Source: Stramenopiles sp. TOSAG23-3 (Eukaryota). From it: a stretch of 34,739 nucleotides of DNA. The notes below the pieces were generated by a model that worked only from the letters and a program-made list of their open reading frames with translations, did no database searches and was not told the origin of the DNA. Shown one piece after another: positions 1 to 10,254 of this stretch. The stretch lies in NCBI GenBank assembly GCA_900128585.1, contig LT642202.1, positions 1 through 34,739 of the forward strand. Reading direction: 5' to 3'. Positions within the stretch are counted from its first letter, which is position 1. The number at the start of each line of letters is the position of its first letter. Both the position numbers and the translations under genes were made by a program.

Positions 1-190
1 GAAAGAAGAAAGAAGAAAGAAGAAAGAAGAAAGAAGAAAGAAGAAAGAAGAAGAAGAAAGAAGAAAGAAGAAAGAAGAAGAAAAAGAAGAAGAAAAGAAG
101 AAGAAAAAAAAAGAGAACAAATAATAAACAAAGAAGAAGAAAGAAGAAACGAAAAGAAAAGTAACAAAGAAAGAAAGAAAACAAAAGAAA
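1..190. repeat. Imperfect (GAA/GAAA)n purine microsatellite
   Basis: Almost pure A/G tract (gaaagaagaa agaagaaaga...) at the window start. Confidence 0.9.
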
Positions 191-495
191 TGGACAATAT
201 TTATATAGCGTTGAAAAAGGGATTGGGTATATGCTTGGATTAAACCATTCTTTCGTTCCTATCTTCCTTCCCTTCAATATATTTCCTTTCTTTTTTCTAC
301 TTCTCGTTCCGTCCACCTCTCTTGTATATAGTGACTGATTTTCACAGCTACGCTATACTACGTGATACGATAACGGGAGGGAGTGCACGGGGTGTTATAT
401 AGATAGTGTGTGTTGGAAATAATACGTACGTGCAGTCTAATTATTTTTGGGGGTGGAGTTTTGCAAATCGTGGGACCAAGCGGTTTATTTGAACG

Positions 496-1917
496 ATGGG
501 GCGGGGGCAACGGATGATGCTTGCTGCAGCCAAGAAAAAGGGGGACGCGTCCGAGGGAGGGGGAGGCGGCGGGAAAGAGAAATCCTCCTCCGCTTCCTCG
601 GGGCCCGGGGAGAAGCGGACAAAACCCCATGAATTTTTGCCACCCGCACCGAGACGCGTAAGACAACGGTCGGGGTCAGGGTCGGTGATGGGGTCCCAGC
701 CGTCCCTTCTCCTGCGACAACAGCAGCATCCCCACCACCACCACCAGCAGGGCCGGCCGGGGACGCAACGGGCCATTGCCCCTCCCAGCAGCAGCACCGC
801 GGTCGCTCGAAGCAGGGCCGTGGACCGTAACGAGGGCTTCACGAACTTTGAGCGGAAGCGTAGCCAGCTGCCAAAGCAGTACGCCGAGTTGTTGGACATG
901 GCGATTGCGATAGACTTGGGCTTGATGAGCGTCCGCTCGCGGCACGAGTACTGCTCCATCGACCAGGTCCGCTCGGCTGTGGAACTGTCCTGCCAGCGGA
1001 GCTTTACGCAGCGGGATTTTGCCAAGGTCGTGTACTTGTTCCCGCACGCCTACCATTGGAAGTTCATTCGGTGTAGGAATTCCCGGGGGCTCTTTTGCGA
1101 CCTCCTGCACGTTCGGATGGACTCGACGTCGCGGGGGGTTGGGGTGACCTCCCTGGCCCATGGGAATGGTGACCTGTCCGTCACCAAAGGTGACCGGGTC
1201 CTGAAAAATAGAAAACGAGAGCTGCTGGCGATGACTGAGCGTGCAGCCGTCCAGAAGATTGACATACTGCCTGCAAAGCTGACCTCGTTTCGGCAGCCCC
1301 CGTCGGCGGCGGGCCATGTTGGCGAAGAGGGCGGCGCCGCGGGGGGCGGTGCGAACGACGAACTACTGCAACCGCCCCCGTCCTCCCGCCTCAGCAAACG
1401 GAAGAAAGGCCCCTTGAAGGTCTCGGACATCCTCCCCGCCTCGACGCCAGATATGGTCGCCGCCCACCGGCGGCGCCAGTCGAAGAAGAAGATCCAAGAC
1501 AACGAGACGCTGTCCATCGCAAGCATGCTCCCTTCCATTTGTCAGGCATGTTACACAGAGTTCAACATGCAGGATAAGGACACCCTGATCGTTGAAGAGC
1601 GCTTTACGCTGAAAATAGCCTGTTCGATTCGAGGGACGATAAAGGCCGAACGGGTCCACGACTTGCTCACGGAGCTTGTGGCGGCCGTGCCGCATTGGTG
1701 CAGCTTGACGAACATTGGCAGAGGCAACACCCAGCGATTGGCGTTCAAGATCAACCGTAATCCCGAAGAGTTTTTGAAGACGCTAAAGTACCTCATGGAG
1801 CAACGGAACCTAGCGAGAAAGGCAAACGCGGCGCACCACAGTCACCATCCCCACGTTGCCCTGGGGCAGGGGCGTGAGGGGGCACCGACCGAAGGTCGGA
1901 AGAGGCCCTACTTGTAA
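496..1917 (+). CDS. CDT1: DNA replication licensing factor Cdt1
   Basis: 473-aa ORF with a disordered N-terminus. LPKQYAELLDMAIAID...IDQVRSAVELSCQRSFTQRDFAKVVYLFPHAYHW resembles the central Cdt1 winged helix. MLPSICQACYTEF...HDLLTELVAAVPHWCSL resembles the C-terminal MCM-binding winged helix. Confidence 0.82.
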   Translation: MGRGQRMMLAAAKKKGDASEGGGGGGKEKSSSASSGPGEKRTKPHEFLPPAPRRVRQRSGSGSVMGSQPSLLLRQQQHPHHHHQQGRPGTQRAIAPPSSSTAVARSRAVDRNEGFTNFERKRSQLPKQYAELLDMAIAIDLGLMSVRSRHEYCSIDQVRSAVELSCQRSFTQRDFAKVVYLFPHAYHWKFIRCRNSRGLFCDLLHVRMDSTSRGVGVTSLAHGNGDLSVTKGDRVLKNRKRELLAMTERAAVQKIDILPAKLTSFRQPPSAAGHVGEEGGAAGGGANDELLQPPPSSRLSKRKKGPLKVSDILPASTPDMVAAHRRRQSKKKIQDNETLSIASMLPSICQACYTEFNMQDKDTLIVEERFTLKIACSIRGTIKAERVHDLLTELVAAVPHWCSLTNIGRGNTQRLAFKINRNPEEFLKTLKYLMEQRNLARKANAAHHSHHPHVALGQGREGAPTEGRKRPYL

Positions 1918-1976
1918 ATTGTAAATTTGGCTCGCACAGGAAACGAGAGAAAGGGAAAGGGACGAAGTTAAATTTT

Positions 1977-2023
1977 AACAAGAAAATTGGCTGTTATTAA
2001 AAACAAGAAAATTGGCTGTTATT
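1977..2023. repeat. 22-bp direct repeat (aacaagaaaattggctgttatt x2, period 25)
   Basis: Exact copies at 1977-1998 and 2002-2023, between convergent genes. Confidence 0.9.
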
Positions 2024-2124
2024 TAAGTATAATTAAAATTAATGTACACTGCGAACTGGCTGATATCATATTTTATTTAAAATTAAGAAATAAAATTTAT
2101 TTCAGCTTTTCAGCGCTTATCCCT

Positions 2125-3195
2125 TTACCCAAATTTTACTGTACTGCCGTGGCTAATAAACTTACGCCCGTGGGCCAACTGTCCAAACCCACCCCTTTCG
2201 GAGGTCAACCTCGTATTCTTTACTGGGCTACCTTTCATCTGCCACAGGCTGATGGGAACGCCGTGCGCTTCGTCACCCCGTCCCCCCGTCAGCCCATGCC
2301 CCTGGCCGTAATGTTCCATGTTCATAGCCGCCCCACGTGGGGAGCACCGCAAGTGCTGCTGAAAACGCTTTTTCCCGAACACTTTCTTCTCTCCTTCCTT
2401 GACGAGCTGCCTGGGGCTTCTAAATCCGAACCGTCTCGTCGGTGTCAAGGTGTCCCGCCCAAATATCGTCGCGAACTCCATGGGATGTATTTCATCGCGA
2501 AACAACATCCCCATCCCAGGCTTTGATAAATTCTCAACTGTGTAGCCTTTTCCGAGCAAGAACTGCTTCGAGATGTCCTTCATTCGGGAGTCATACGTTT
2601 GCTTCCAGGGGTTCCTCTTGGGCGCATACATCTGAGATATATCGGAGTCGGGGTAGTAGTGCATATTTTTTCGTTGGTCGGACATTGATGGCCCCCGGTC
2701 GGCGTCGGCTATTTTCGATTTCACCGTTTTCACGCCCCGGTTGGCCCCGGCAATACCAACGGCCGGGCGAACGTTTACGTTCTTTGTTTCCGTCATCCAA
2801 CTGGGGCAGTCCCCCGCAATTCCAGTCGCCATCGCGGCGCCTTTTGACTGCTGTTTGGCGTGCATGCGGGACGGTTTCGTGGTTTTGCAGTGGTCTAAAT
2901 GCATCCATACAGGGTTATCGCCGTGTATCACATTGCTTGAACGAGGCGAGTTGGTTGCCATCCCGGCGGGTTTCATTAATCGTGGCGTCTGAGGAGTCAC
3001 CAACCGCGGTGTCCATCGACGGCGGCCACTGCTGCTCGAGCTCGATTGCCCGGGGCGTACCGGCGTCAATGCCGGGGTCAATTTTGGTGCTCGCATCGGC
3101 GCCAGACGTGGGGACACGGGCGTTCCCACGTTTGGCGTCGTGACAGAGTTGTAGCCTCTCCGGGGGCTCCACATGAACGACGTTTTATAACTCAT
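2125..3195 (-). CDS. Hypothetical basic, S/T-P-rich protein (~356 aa)
   Basis: Long ORF filling a GC-rich island bounded by AT-rich spacers. The ORF-track start (3252) is TTG; the first ATG (MSYKTSF) is at 3195. No family recognised. Confidence 0.7.
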   Translation of the reverse strand: MSYKTSFMWSPRRGYNSVTTPNVGTPVSPRLAPMRAPKLTPALTPVRPGQSSSSSSGRRRWTPRLVTPQTPRLMKPAGMATNSPRSSNVIHGDNPVWMHLDHCKTTKPSRMHAKQQSKGAAMATGIAGDCPSWMTETKNVNVRPAVGIAGANRGVKTVKSKIADADRGPSMSDQRKNMHYYPDSDISQMYAPKRNPWKQTYDSRMKDISKQFLLGKGYTVENLSKPGMGMLFRDEIHPMEFATIFGRDTLTPTRRFGFRSPRQLVKEGEKKVFGKKRFQQHLRCSPRGAAMNMEHYGQGHGLTGGRGDEAHGVPISLWQMKGSPVKNTRLTSERGGFGQLAHGRKFISHGSTVKFG

Positions 3196-3608
3196 GATGA
3201 AGAAACAAACGAGTGGGTGAACAGATTGCAGAACCGTGAGTTTAAACCACAATCTCCTCCCTTTCGTCTACAATCCTATGATGCACACAAAAATTATCCA
3301 ATCTTTCAATTCAATAATAAATGAGTTATATAGTGCGTATGTTCTTTTTTGTTCTATGTATATATATGTACTTACTTTGAGGGGAATGCAACGGAGTGTG
3401 AGTGTAAGTGATTCGCCTTTTCGTCATATATATTCATCATCATAATCATATAATAATATTTTGTAATAAATAAAAATAGAAAGAAGAAGAAGAAAAGATA
3501 TTATGGGTGAAACGGATATAAAAAATTTATGTTATTATTATTAATTATATTATTTCGTATAGTAGTAAATAGGGGGGCGGGGGACGGGGAGGAGGATTGT
3601 TTTTTTTT

Positions 3609-3710
3609 AAAGAAGAAGATAAGAAGAAAGAAGAAGAAAGAACAAAAAACTTCTTCTCTTCCTTCTCTTCTTCTTCTTCTTTCTTCTTCTTACTTCCTTC
3701 TTTTTCTTCC
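3609..3710. repeat. Adjacent (GAA)n and (TTC)n low-complexity tracts
   Basis: aagaagaagataagaagaaagaagaagaaag followed by cttcttctcttccttctcttcttcttcttctttcttc in the divergent spacer. Confidence 0.75.
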
Positions 3711-3925
3711 TATTATTTTATCTATTTTTTTATTATTATTATTATATATTATTATAATATTTTTTATTCAAATTTTTCAAAAAAAACATCTTCTGAATTA
3801 AATGACTTTATAGAGATTATATGAGTGAATGAAAAAATGAATGAATGAATAAGTATTTCAGTTTTTTTTTTCGTTCGTACGTTAGACCTATACGAAAATT
3901 CAACGTTACCTGTTGTTCGTTTGGG

Positions 3926-5179
3926 ATGACGCAGAAATTATGTTGCGGCAAATGGACTAAGAAAAAAGCGTTCGTGGTTGTCGTTTCATTCATTTTTGGG
4001 GTAGGGGGTATCCTGAATGTTTTCAAGATTTTCCGTTCCGTTACAACGTCATCGGTGATCAGTTCAGGATACATGGGGTACAAAGCGAAGGAAAAGGTTG
4101 TTCGTTTGGGGAACGACATCATGTCCCTTTCTAAGACGATATCGAAGCTATCGAAACAGAAAAAAATAAATGAGATCGGGGAAATTAGGAGAAAACGGGA
4201 AGAAAATTTCAAAAGCAAAGGCGCCCTGAACGCCAATTTTGAGGACGAGACCAAGGGAGGGGGGGCGGAAACCCCAGGGGGTGAGGACGAGGACGCGGCG
4301 AAGCGAAGGGTAAAGTGCAGCAAGCACACCAATGTCGGCGACCCCTTGGTTCGGGCCCAGTCCTTGGTCCCCGACAAAGACTTGCCAAAGCGGAAGGCTG
4401 TTGTAAAATCCATCCCGCACGAATTTTGCCCACGCTCCTTAAACCCAAAGCGGGCGGAGAAGGAGTACCTCTTCTGGTGGGACAAGGCAAACCGCAAGCA
4501 CATGAAGTTCCAAGCCGATTTTTTGAAACGCCTCGACTGCGACAGGCACCGGTCAACCTCTCAATTTAACCAGGACATACGAATGCACCGCCAGTTCTTT
4601 AAATTCAAAAAAGGCCTTGTGTTTGTAGAGGTTGGCGCATTCGACGGTGTGGTGTTCAGCAATACCTACTTTGAAGAGCACTGCCTTGGGTGGAAAGGGT
4701 TGTGCGTGGAGCCGCAACGGCGGTTTGCAGGGATTATTCAGAAAAGCCGGGCGTGCGGAGTAGTGAATGCTGCAGTAGCCGAGGCAGACTTTGGGGAGGA
4801 CATTGACATCGTGGTAGGAGGCGTGTTAGGGGGAAAAAAGGGAACGTTGACCCGGGAGCGGAGGGCGTTTAAACTGGCAATGACGTACCCAGAGCACAAA
4901 AACGTTGTCCACGGGTTTCGACTCTCGACCATCTTCCGCGCCAACGCAGTCTCGCACATAGACCATCTAAGCGTCGATTGCGAAGGCTGCGAACTGGCAG
5001 TCCTGAATTCTATCGACTACGCCGCCGTAAAAATACGATTGATACAGATTGAAAGAAACAACAAAGCGGAGGAAATCAAAGCGTTCCTGTTTGAACGAGG
5101 GTACGCATGGATGGAAGATTTAGGAGAAGACGCCATCTACGTGACCAATGAAGAAGCAGGAAAGTACCAAATTCCATAG
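3926..5179 (+). CDS. Type II membrane FkbM-family (Methyltransf_21) SAM-dependent methyltransferase
   Basis: N-terminal TM (AFVVVVSFIFGVGGILNVF), a stem, then FVEVGAFDGVVFSNTYFEEHCLGWKGLCVEP and IDHLSVDCEGCELAVLNSIDY...IQIE, typical FkbM motifs. There is an alternative upstream ATG at 3845. Confidence 0.88.
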   Translation: MTQKLCCGKWTKKKAFVVVVSFIFGVGGILNVFKIFRSVTTSSVISSGYMGYKAKEKVVRLGNDIMSLSKTISKLSKQKKINEIGEIRRKREENFKSKGALNANFEDETKGGGAETPGGEDEDAAKRRVKCSKHTNVGDPLVRAQSLVPDKDLPKRKAVVKSIPHEFCPRSLNPKRAEKEYLFWWDKANRKHMKFQADFLKRLDCDRHRSTSQFNQDIRMHRQFFKFKKGLVFVEVGAFDGVVFSNTYFEEHCLGWKGLCVEPQRRFAGIIQKSRACGVVNAAVAEADFGEDIDIVVGGVLGGKKGTLTRERRAFKLAMTYPEHKNVVHGFRLSTIFRANAVSHIDHLSVDCEGCELAVLNSIDYAAVKIRLIQIERNNKAEEIKAFLFERGYAWMEDLGEDAIYVTNEEAGKYQIP

Positions 5180-5440
5180 AGTGTCTGAATGTATACACAC
5201 ACACACACGTATATATGAAAATATTTTTGTTTCTTAATAATAATGTTCCTTAATATCAAAAACAACAATATAAAATATAAAAATAGTATTTTTTAGGAGT
5301 AAATAAAAGTAGTACTTCAAAAAATTAACTATTTTTACCACCAAAAAGAAGAAAGAAGATATGATGTTGTTCTTCCGTTAAATTCATATTATATAATTTA
5401 TTATTATTATTTATCATCGATCAAAAAAAAACAATTTTTA

Positions 5441-5542
5441 AATCTTCTTCTTTCTTTCTTTCTTCTTTCTTTCTTTCTTTCTTCTTTCTTTCTTCTTTCT
5501 TTGTTTCTTTCTTTCTTACTTTCTTTCTTTCTTTCTTTCTTT
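5441..5542. repeat. (TTTC/TTC)n pyrimidine microsatellite
   Basis: Seen directly in the spacer between genes 3 and 4. Confidence 0.9.
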
Positions 5543-5829
5543 TATTATATTTTTTTAAAAATATTATTATAATTATATATTTTAATATGAGAAGAAGAAG
5601 AAGAAGAGGAGATCGAAAGAGAAAATGGCAGCGATTAATTATGCAGCAGAATGGCGGCAGCGAATGATCTGAATTGAAATGAACGTAAAAAAGAATCGGG
5701 ATTACAAAAATTGTGCCTTGTTCATTTTTGTTTTCAAGTGACAAAAAGAAAACAAAGTGACGATTGATGGAGGCCGAGTTGTTTGGGCAGGCTTTTTCCT
5801 CCGTTTCATAGAGTATTATACTCGTTGCG

Positions 5830-8800
5830 ATGGCAACAACGTTTCAGCGGCCTAGCTTGGATGAGGGAAGGTCCATAGAATTATATGAATGGGCCAAAAA
5901 GATGACGTTTAGTAAGAATGGAAACATGCCCCATGGGGAGGCGGGAGGGGCGGGAAACGGTAGGTCGGTGCAAACCAAAAAGAGGCAAAAGAAAAAAAAG
6001 GGGAAGCGAAGGCTGTCTGCGAAATTTATTTTGGAAAAAGAAGTGAGGGACGGAGACAACCAGAGGGGTAACAAATGTATCGCCCAGTGTAATCAGTCAA
6101 TGGAAGACCATAAAATCTTGTCGTTAGCACTGTTCTTTGTCGCCTTTTCGTTGGTATTTCTAGTCTTACCCTTGCAATGGCTTGAAGCGTCGTCGCGCAA
6201 TGGGTCGTCCTTTTTCGGCGAACAGATAAACTACCGGGGTACCATGTTTGGGCTGTTGTGTTATTGTGGTATTCTCCAGCCAAAACTTACACTGTCTATA
6301 TTGCCCTTTGGGGGAAAGGCACCAAAGCTTTGTTTGCTTAAAATTAAAATTGTACATGTGCACAAACTCTGTCTACTCTTGGGGCTGGTCCTTAGTTCGT
6401 TTTCTCCATTGCCGCCTCCTGCCGAGGAGGAGACCGTAAAAATCAACCTTGCCAAACGATCTAATTTTTCGTTTGGAAATTGTACTATATTGAGGGACAT
6501 ACCGAGTACACAGAATCCGTATGGTCCGGATAGCCGTGAAAACAAAATATTGGCAATGCCAAGAAGGGCCCAGTACAGCAAGGTGTTAGACTACCCCAAG
6601 GCAACCATGGAGATCATTGATAACGGTATTGAATGGTTTTTATTTGGTTCCTATGAGATCGATGGCTTAGACTCTTCGAATTGGGACAAGACGTGCAAAG
6701 CGGAAGCTAATAGATGGGCGTTCACAGGGTTCTTTACGCAATGCGATGCGTCCTGCCAACGCCCACGGTTCATTTGTGATTCTGCTTGTGAAATGTTCAA
6801 ATCGGTCTGTCCCGACCCGTTCGTCTACTCCGCTGAGCAGGGCGACCCGTTGGATGTCAATGGGAGAAAATCGCAATACCTGGAGTTGCTCAAGAATATC
6901 ATCGGGGCCCCAATCATAGCAGGTAACGAAAAACTTGAACGCGCGACCAAGGCCGAGACAGATTTGTTCCTGGAGCACGCTGGAAGCTTGATGCTGGAAG
7001 AAATCACGTTTTTCCATTCCATCTTCAAGAGCAGCACGAGTGGTACGTGTGTGCCCACCAGTGAGATCGACAAGATGCCGTTTGCTTCATGTTACCTTGG
7101 AAATGGAAAAACGTATGAATCGAAAATGTCCAATGCGTCAAGCAATGTGAACTGTTCCGCGGCCGCTTTGCGTCTTTCAGAAAACGAAGCACGCATGGAC
7201 AAAACCAGGGTTGGTGGGGTAACGGCTACCAACTTCTTTTTGTCCAAGTGGCCGGGCGTTCTCCTTATCGTTAGCTTTTACCTTCTGTTTCTTCTCATAC
7301 TATTACAGTGGGCGCGTCGCCCTGTTCCATCGAAAGCCGTCCAGTCGGTATGGTCCCTTCCCGCTCCACTAACGAACGGGCAGACAAAAGGCTTTCGATT
7401 AGACTTACGTTGGAGGATAACGCTGGTATTTTTTGCATTTTTGTCCACTTCGTTTGCCATCGCCGCTTTCTTGATCATCTACCGGGAAAAGGGCGTTGAA
7501 GAGGGTGACATAACGAATATCACGTATGCTGCGACGACGTGCAGAATAGAAAATATAACCTATTTTATTATAGGGTTTGCTTCCTTGGTGGGAGCATCGG
7601 TTGCAATGTCATCCCTCACGTTCTCCGTTGTTGGGCTGGGGCGATACAAAAATCAAAAACAAAAGAAGGGACAAATCTGCTTCCGGGTGTACCGTTGTTG
7701 GAAAGAAAAGACCGATCCTCGTGGAGGCGAATATTTCTTTCTCCGGATACTGCTATGGGAAATCTCGGAAATGGTGGTCCAGCTCCTCGGCATCTACCAG
7801 TTCGGGTCGTCCAGGCCACAAGAATATGTTTTGATCGCTCTCGTAATTTTGGCATTAAATTCGACCGTAACGCCCTTGTTGTTGTACAGAGGTATTTCTC
7901 TTTCGTTTAAATTTTCAAGAACGAGTCGGCAAGCACAATTCAACAACGGGGTTATTTTATTTTTTGATACGTGTTTCGATGCGATGTTTTTTGGGCTGGG
8001 TCTTGCTTACTTTCAAAGGGAAGAATTTTGCGCGTTCCCATTGAGCAGTGCAATCAATTTGACGTGGCCCATGATCATGATGATCCGACGAGTTCGTAAA
8101 CTGGCACGGCTGATAGTGATGCGAAAGCAAAAAAACAACAAAATGGAAGGTGGTCAGCGGATCAGTGACCACGGTGGGTCGATGAAATCGGCACTCAAGT
8201 GGCAATTGCGCAATTCGACGATTTCCATTGACGGCTTCAACGAGACGATTAGAAATCTTCGCGCAGAAACTCCCATTCTTCAGTACTTACCGGTGCTGTG
8301 CATCCTGTTTGGGTTTGCGCTCGTGAACGTTGCCCAGCTCCTGTATTTTGTGGCTCAATTTGTGAGCATTAATGCCCAATGCAGCAGACTACTTTCCACC
8401 CCCTTGTGGGAAGGGAGCTCGCCGAAAATAACTTTTCCAAACGGGTTCCTCCAGCCCCCGAAATGTTCGTTCGAAAACATTTCCATCATCCAGGCGGCAC
8501 ATAAAGGTGTGACCGTCGTTCCCGCTGCAATAGAACAATGCACGTCTTTGAAAGTTTTGAACCTATCGGAAAACAAAGAGTTACGGGCACTTCCGCGCGA
8601 ACTGATGGGCCTGAAGGACGTCAAAGTAGCAGATTTTTCTGGCACACCGGTTCAGCATTGGCTGGATGCTTCCAACATGTCGCTTGCGGGCGATATCCCG
8701 GTATTTATCCAAACTCACTTGAGCGCATCACTGGAATATTTAGACGTATCCCGCAACCAATTAAGTAGTTTGTTGTCCATTAAAGCCTTCTCGCAGTTAA

Positions 8801-10254
8801 AGGTCCTGAAGGCGTCCCACAACGCGTTGGGTCCGAGCAGCATTCCCGCCAGTATCGCCGTTTCGAACAAACGGCTGGCCACCATCGACCTGCGCGGTAA
8901 CCCTGTAGAGAACCGGCTGAGCTGGAACTCGATTGCTCAAGCGTATCCCCTGGACGCGGTCGTTTCATTCCTGTTGCGCTTTTTTAATGGAACGCTGACC
9001 CATTTAGATTTATCGGACAACAGCTTTACACGGAAGCACTTTGAAGACTTAATTTCAAGTATGCCTCATTTGGAAATGTTTGATTTTAGCCGCAACTTGA
9101 AATTCGAAGTGAGTGCCTCGTCACCGCTGAAGTTGCACTTGGATAAATTTTTAATGTCCATAACGACTCTAAATTTGGCAGGGAATGCAAACATTAACGG
9201 GATATACAGCAGAGACCTCATGGACATGGAGATAAAACATCGCACAAAAGGGACCGTTTTTAACGTAGTGGGGGCCGGCATTAACCAGGTAAAAATAAAT
9301 GGCAACGATGTGTCAAACACGAATGCGTGTTATCCAAAATATATCATCGACCAACTGAACAAGACCATCGTCAATCTTGATATGTCCAATTTGGTATTTT
9401 CTCGCACTGAGCCGTTTGACTTTGAGAGTATATGCACATTGAAGGGGCTAGGGCTGCTGAAGCTTACAGATGTTTCAAGAGAGGGGCAAATCCCATTTTG
9501 CATACCGTCCTGCTGGAAATCGCTCCCCACGCTAACATCCCTAAATATTGACGTTGTCAAGCTGGATGAAACCTGCTATAAGGCTAACATTGGGGGGCTG
9601 AAACAGTTAACTTATGCATTCTTTAAACAGTCTGGGTGGCAAGGGAAGTTTCCCGTGGCCGTTCCGGTAGCCTCAGGATTCAGCGCATTCCGACTAGAAG
9701 ATACGGAGTTTGAAGGGTACATCCCGCCCTCGTACGGTAACCGACATCACCTCGTAGTTTCAACCAAACGGAACACCAACGCAACAATAAATCTATTCCA
9801 GACCAAAAGCTACTTCACGTTTCTGTCCCTCCGGTGCCTGTCAAGCCCGGAGACAACGTGTTCCCTATTTGGCAATGTCAGTAATCTGACCATCGGTAAA
9901 CGCGCCGTTATTCATGAAACCAACCTGCGAGGGCCTCTCTTTGCGGTGAAAAATAATTTTCAGTGTTTGACGTTACCATTGTCTCGGACGCATGATAAAT
10001 TAGGAGTCCTTGATGTAGAGTGGGGCATGAACTGTTCTAATGTCAGCAATGTAAGGAACTACAAGGACTACAAAACGAGAGGGTCCTTTGTTGTCACGGA
10101 AGAGACGGCTCGTATAGGGATGATAGCAAAATGCATAGTGCGGAACAATAAGAACGTATCACTTTTATGTTACGAAGTGTTAGGGACAGAAAAGTGGGAG
10201 TGTCATACGGAACTTTTTCTAAAGGCGCACAACCCGTGCGAGTTGATTAATTGA
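5830..10254 (+). CDS. Large multi-pass membrane protein with a Cys-rich (Frizzled-CRD-like) domain and C-terminal leucine-rich repeats
   Basis: 1474-aa uninterrupted ORF with roughly 10-11 hydrophobic segments. Cys-rich segment CKAEANRWAFTGFFTQCDASCQRPRFICDSACEMFKSVC. LRRs include LKVLNLSENKELRALP, LEYLDVSRNQLSSL, LKVLKASHNAL, LATIDLRGNP, LTHLDLSDNSF and ITTLNLAGN. Confidence 0.85.
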   Translation: MATTFQRPSLDEGRSIELYEWAKKMTFSKNGNMPHGEAGGAGNGRSVQTKKRQKKKKGKRRLSAKFILEKEVRDGDNQRGNKCIAQCNQSMEDHKILSLALFFVAFSLVFLVLPLQWLEASSRNGSSFFGEQINYRGTMFGLLCYCGILQPKLTLSILPFGGKAPKLCLLKIKIVHVHKLCLLLGLVLSSFSPLPPPAEEETVKINLAKRSNFSFGNCTILRDIPSTQNPYGPDSRENKILAMPRRAQYSKVLDYPKATMEIIDNGIEWFLFGSYEIDGLDSSNWDKTCKAEANRWAFTGFFTQCDASCQRPRFICDSACEMFKSVCPDPFVYSAEQGDPLDVNGRKSQYLELLKNIIGAPIIAGNEKLERATKAETDLFLEHAGSLMLEEITFFHSIFKSSTSGTCVPTSEIDKMPFASCYLGNGKTYESKMSNASSNVNCSAAALRLSENEARMDKTRVGGVTATNFFLSKWPGVLLIVSFYLLFLLILLQWARRPVPSKAVQSVWSLPAPLTNGQTKGFRLDLRWRITLVFFAFLSTSFAIAAFLIIYREKGVEEGDITNITYAATTCRIENITYFIIGFASLVGASVAMSSLTFSVVGLGRYKNQKQKKGQICFRVYRCWKEKTDPRGGEYFFLRILLWEISEMVVQLLGIYQFGSSRPQEYVLIALVILALNSTVTPLLLYRGISLSFKFSRTSRQAQFNNGVILFFDTCFDAMFFGLGLAYFQREEFCAFPLSSAINLTWPMIMMIRRVRKLARLIVMRKQKNNKMEGGQRISDHGGSMKSALKWQLRNSTISIDGFNETIRNLRAETPILQYLPVLCILFGFALVNVAQLLYFVAQFVSINAQCSRLLSTPLWEGSSPKITFPNGFLQPPKCSFENISIIQAAHKGVTVVPAAIEQCTSLKVLNLSENKELRALPRELMGLKDVKVADFSGTPVQHWLDASNMSLAGDIPVFIQTHLSASLEYLDVSRNQLSSLLSIKAFSQLKVLKASHNALGPSSIPASIAVSNKRLATIDLRGNPVENRLSWNSIAQAYPLDAVVSFLLRFFNGTLTHLDLSDNSFTRKHFEDLISSMPHLEMFDFSRNLKFEVSASSPLKLHLDKFLMSITTLNLAGNANINGIYSRDLMDMEIKHRTKGTVFNVVGAGINQVKINGNDVSNTNACYPKYIIDQLNKTIVNLDMSNLVFSRTEPFDFESICTLKGLGLLKLTDVSREGQIPFCIPSCWKSLPTLTSLNIDVVKLDETCYKANIGGLKQLTYAFFKQSGWQGKFPVAVPVASGFSAFRLEDTEFEGYIPPSYGNRHHLVVSTKRNTNATINLFQTKSYFTFLSLRCLSSPETTCSLFGNVSNLTIGKRAVIHETNLRGPLFAVKNNFQCLTLPLSRTHDKLGVLDVEWGMNCSNVSNVRNYKDYKTRGSFVVTEETARIGMIAKCIVRNNKNVSLLCYEVLGTEKWECHTELFLKAHNPCELIN

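Noticed and set aside
441-1796. Several 100-213 aa antisense or alternate-frame ORFs over CDT1
   Set aside because: Shadow ORFs expected in GC-rich coding DNA; no recognisable motifs.
1987-3143. Plus-strand ORFs 1987..2526 and 2442..3143
   Set aside because: Non-ATG starts, and both overlap the longer minus-strand ORF that fits the GC island.
3529-3824. Phe/Leu/Lys-rich ORFs in spacers (also 5421-5744, 11868-12209, 14486-14791, 18070-18396, 20856-21278, 24795-25115, 25382-25720)
   Set aside because: Translations of microsatellite or AT-rich low-complexity DNA.
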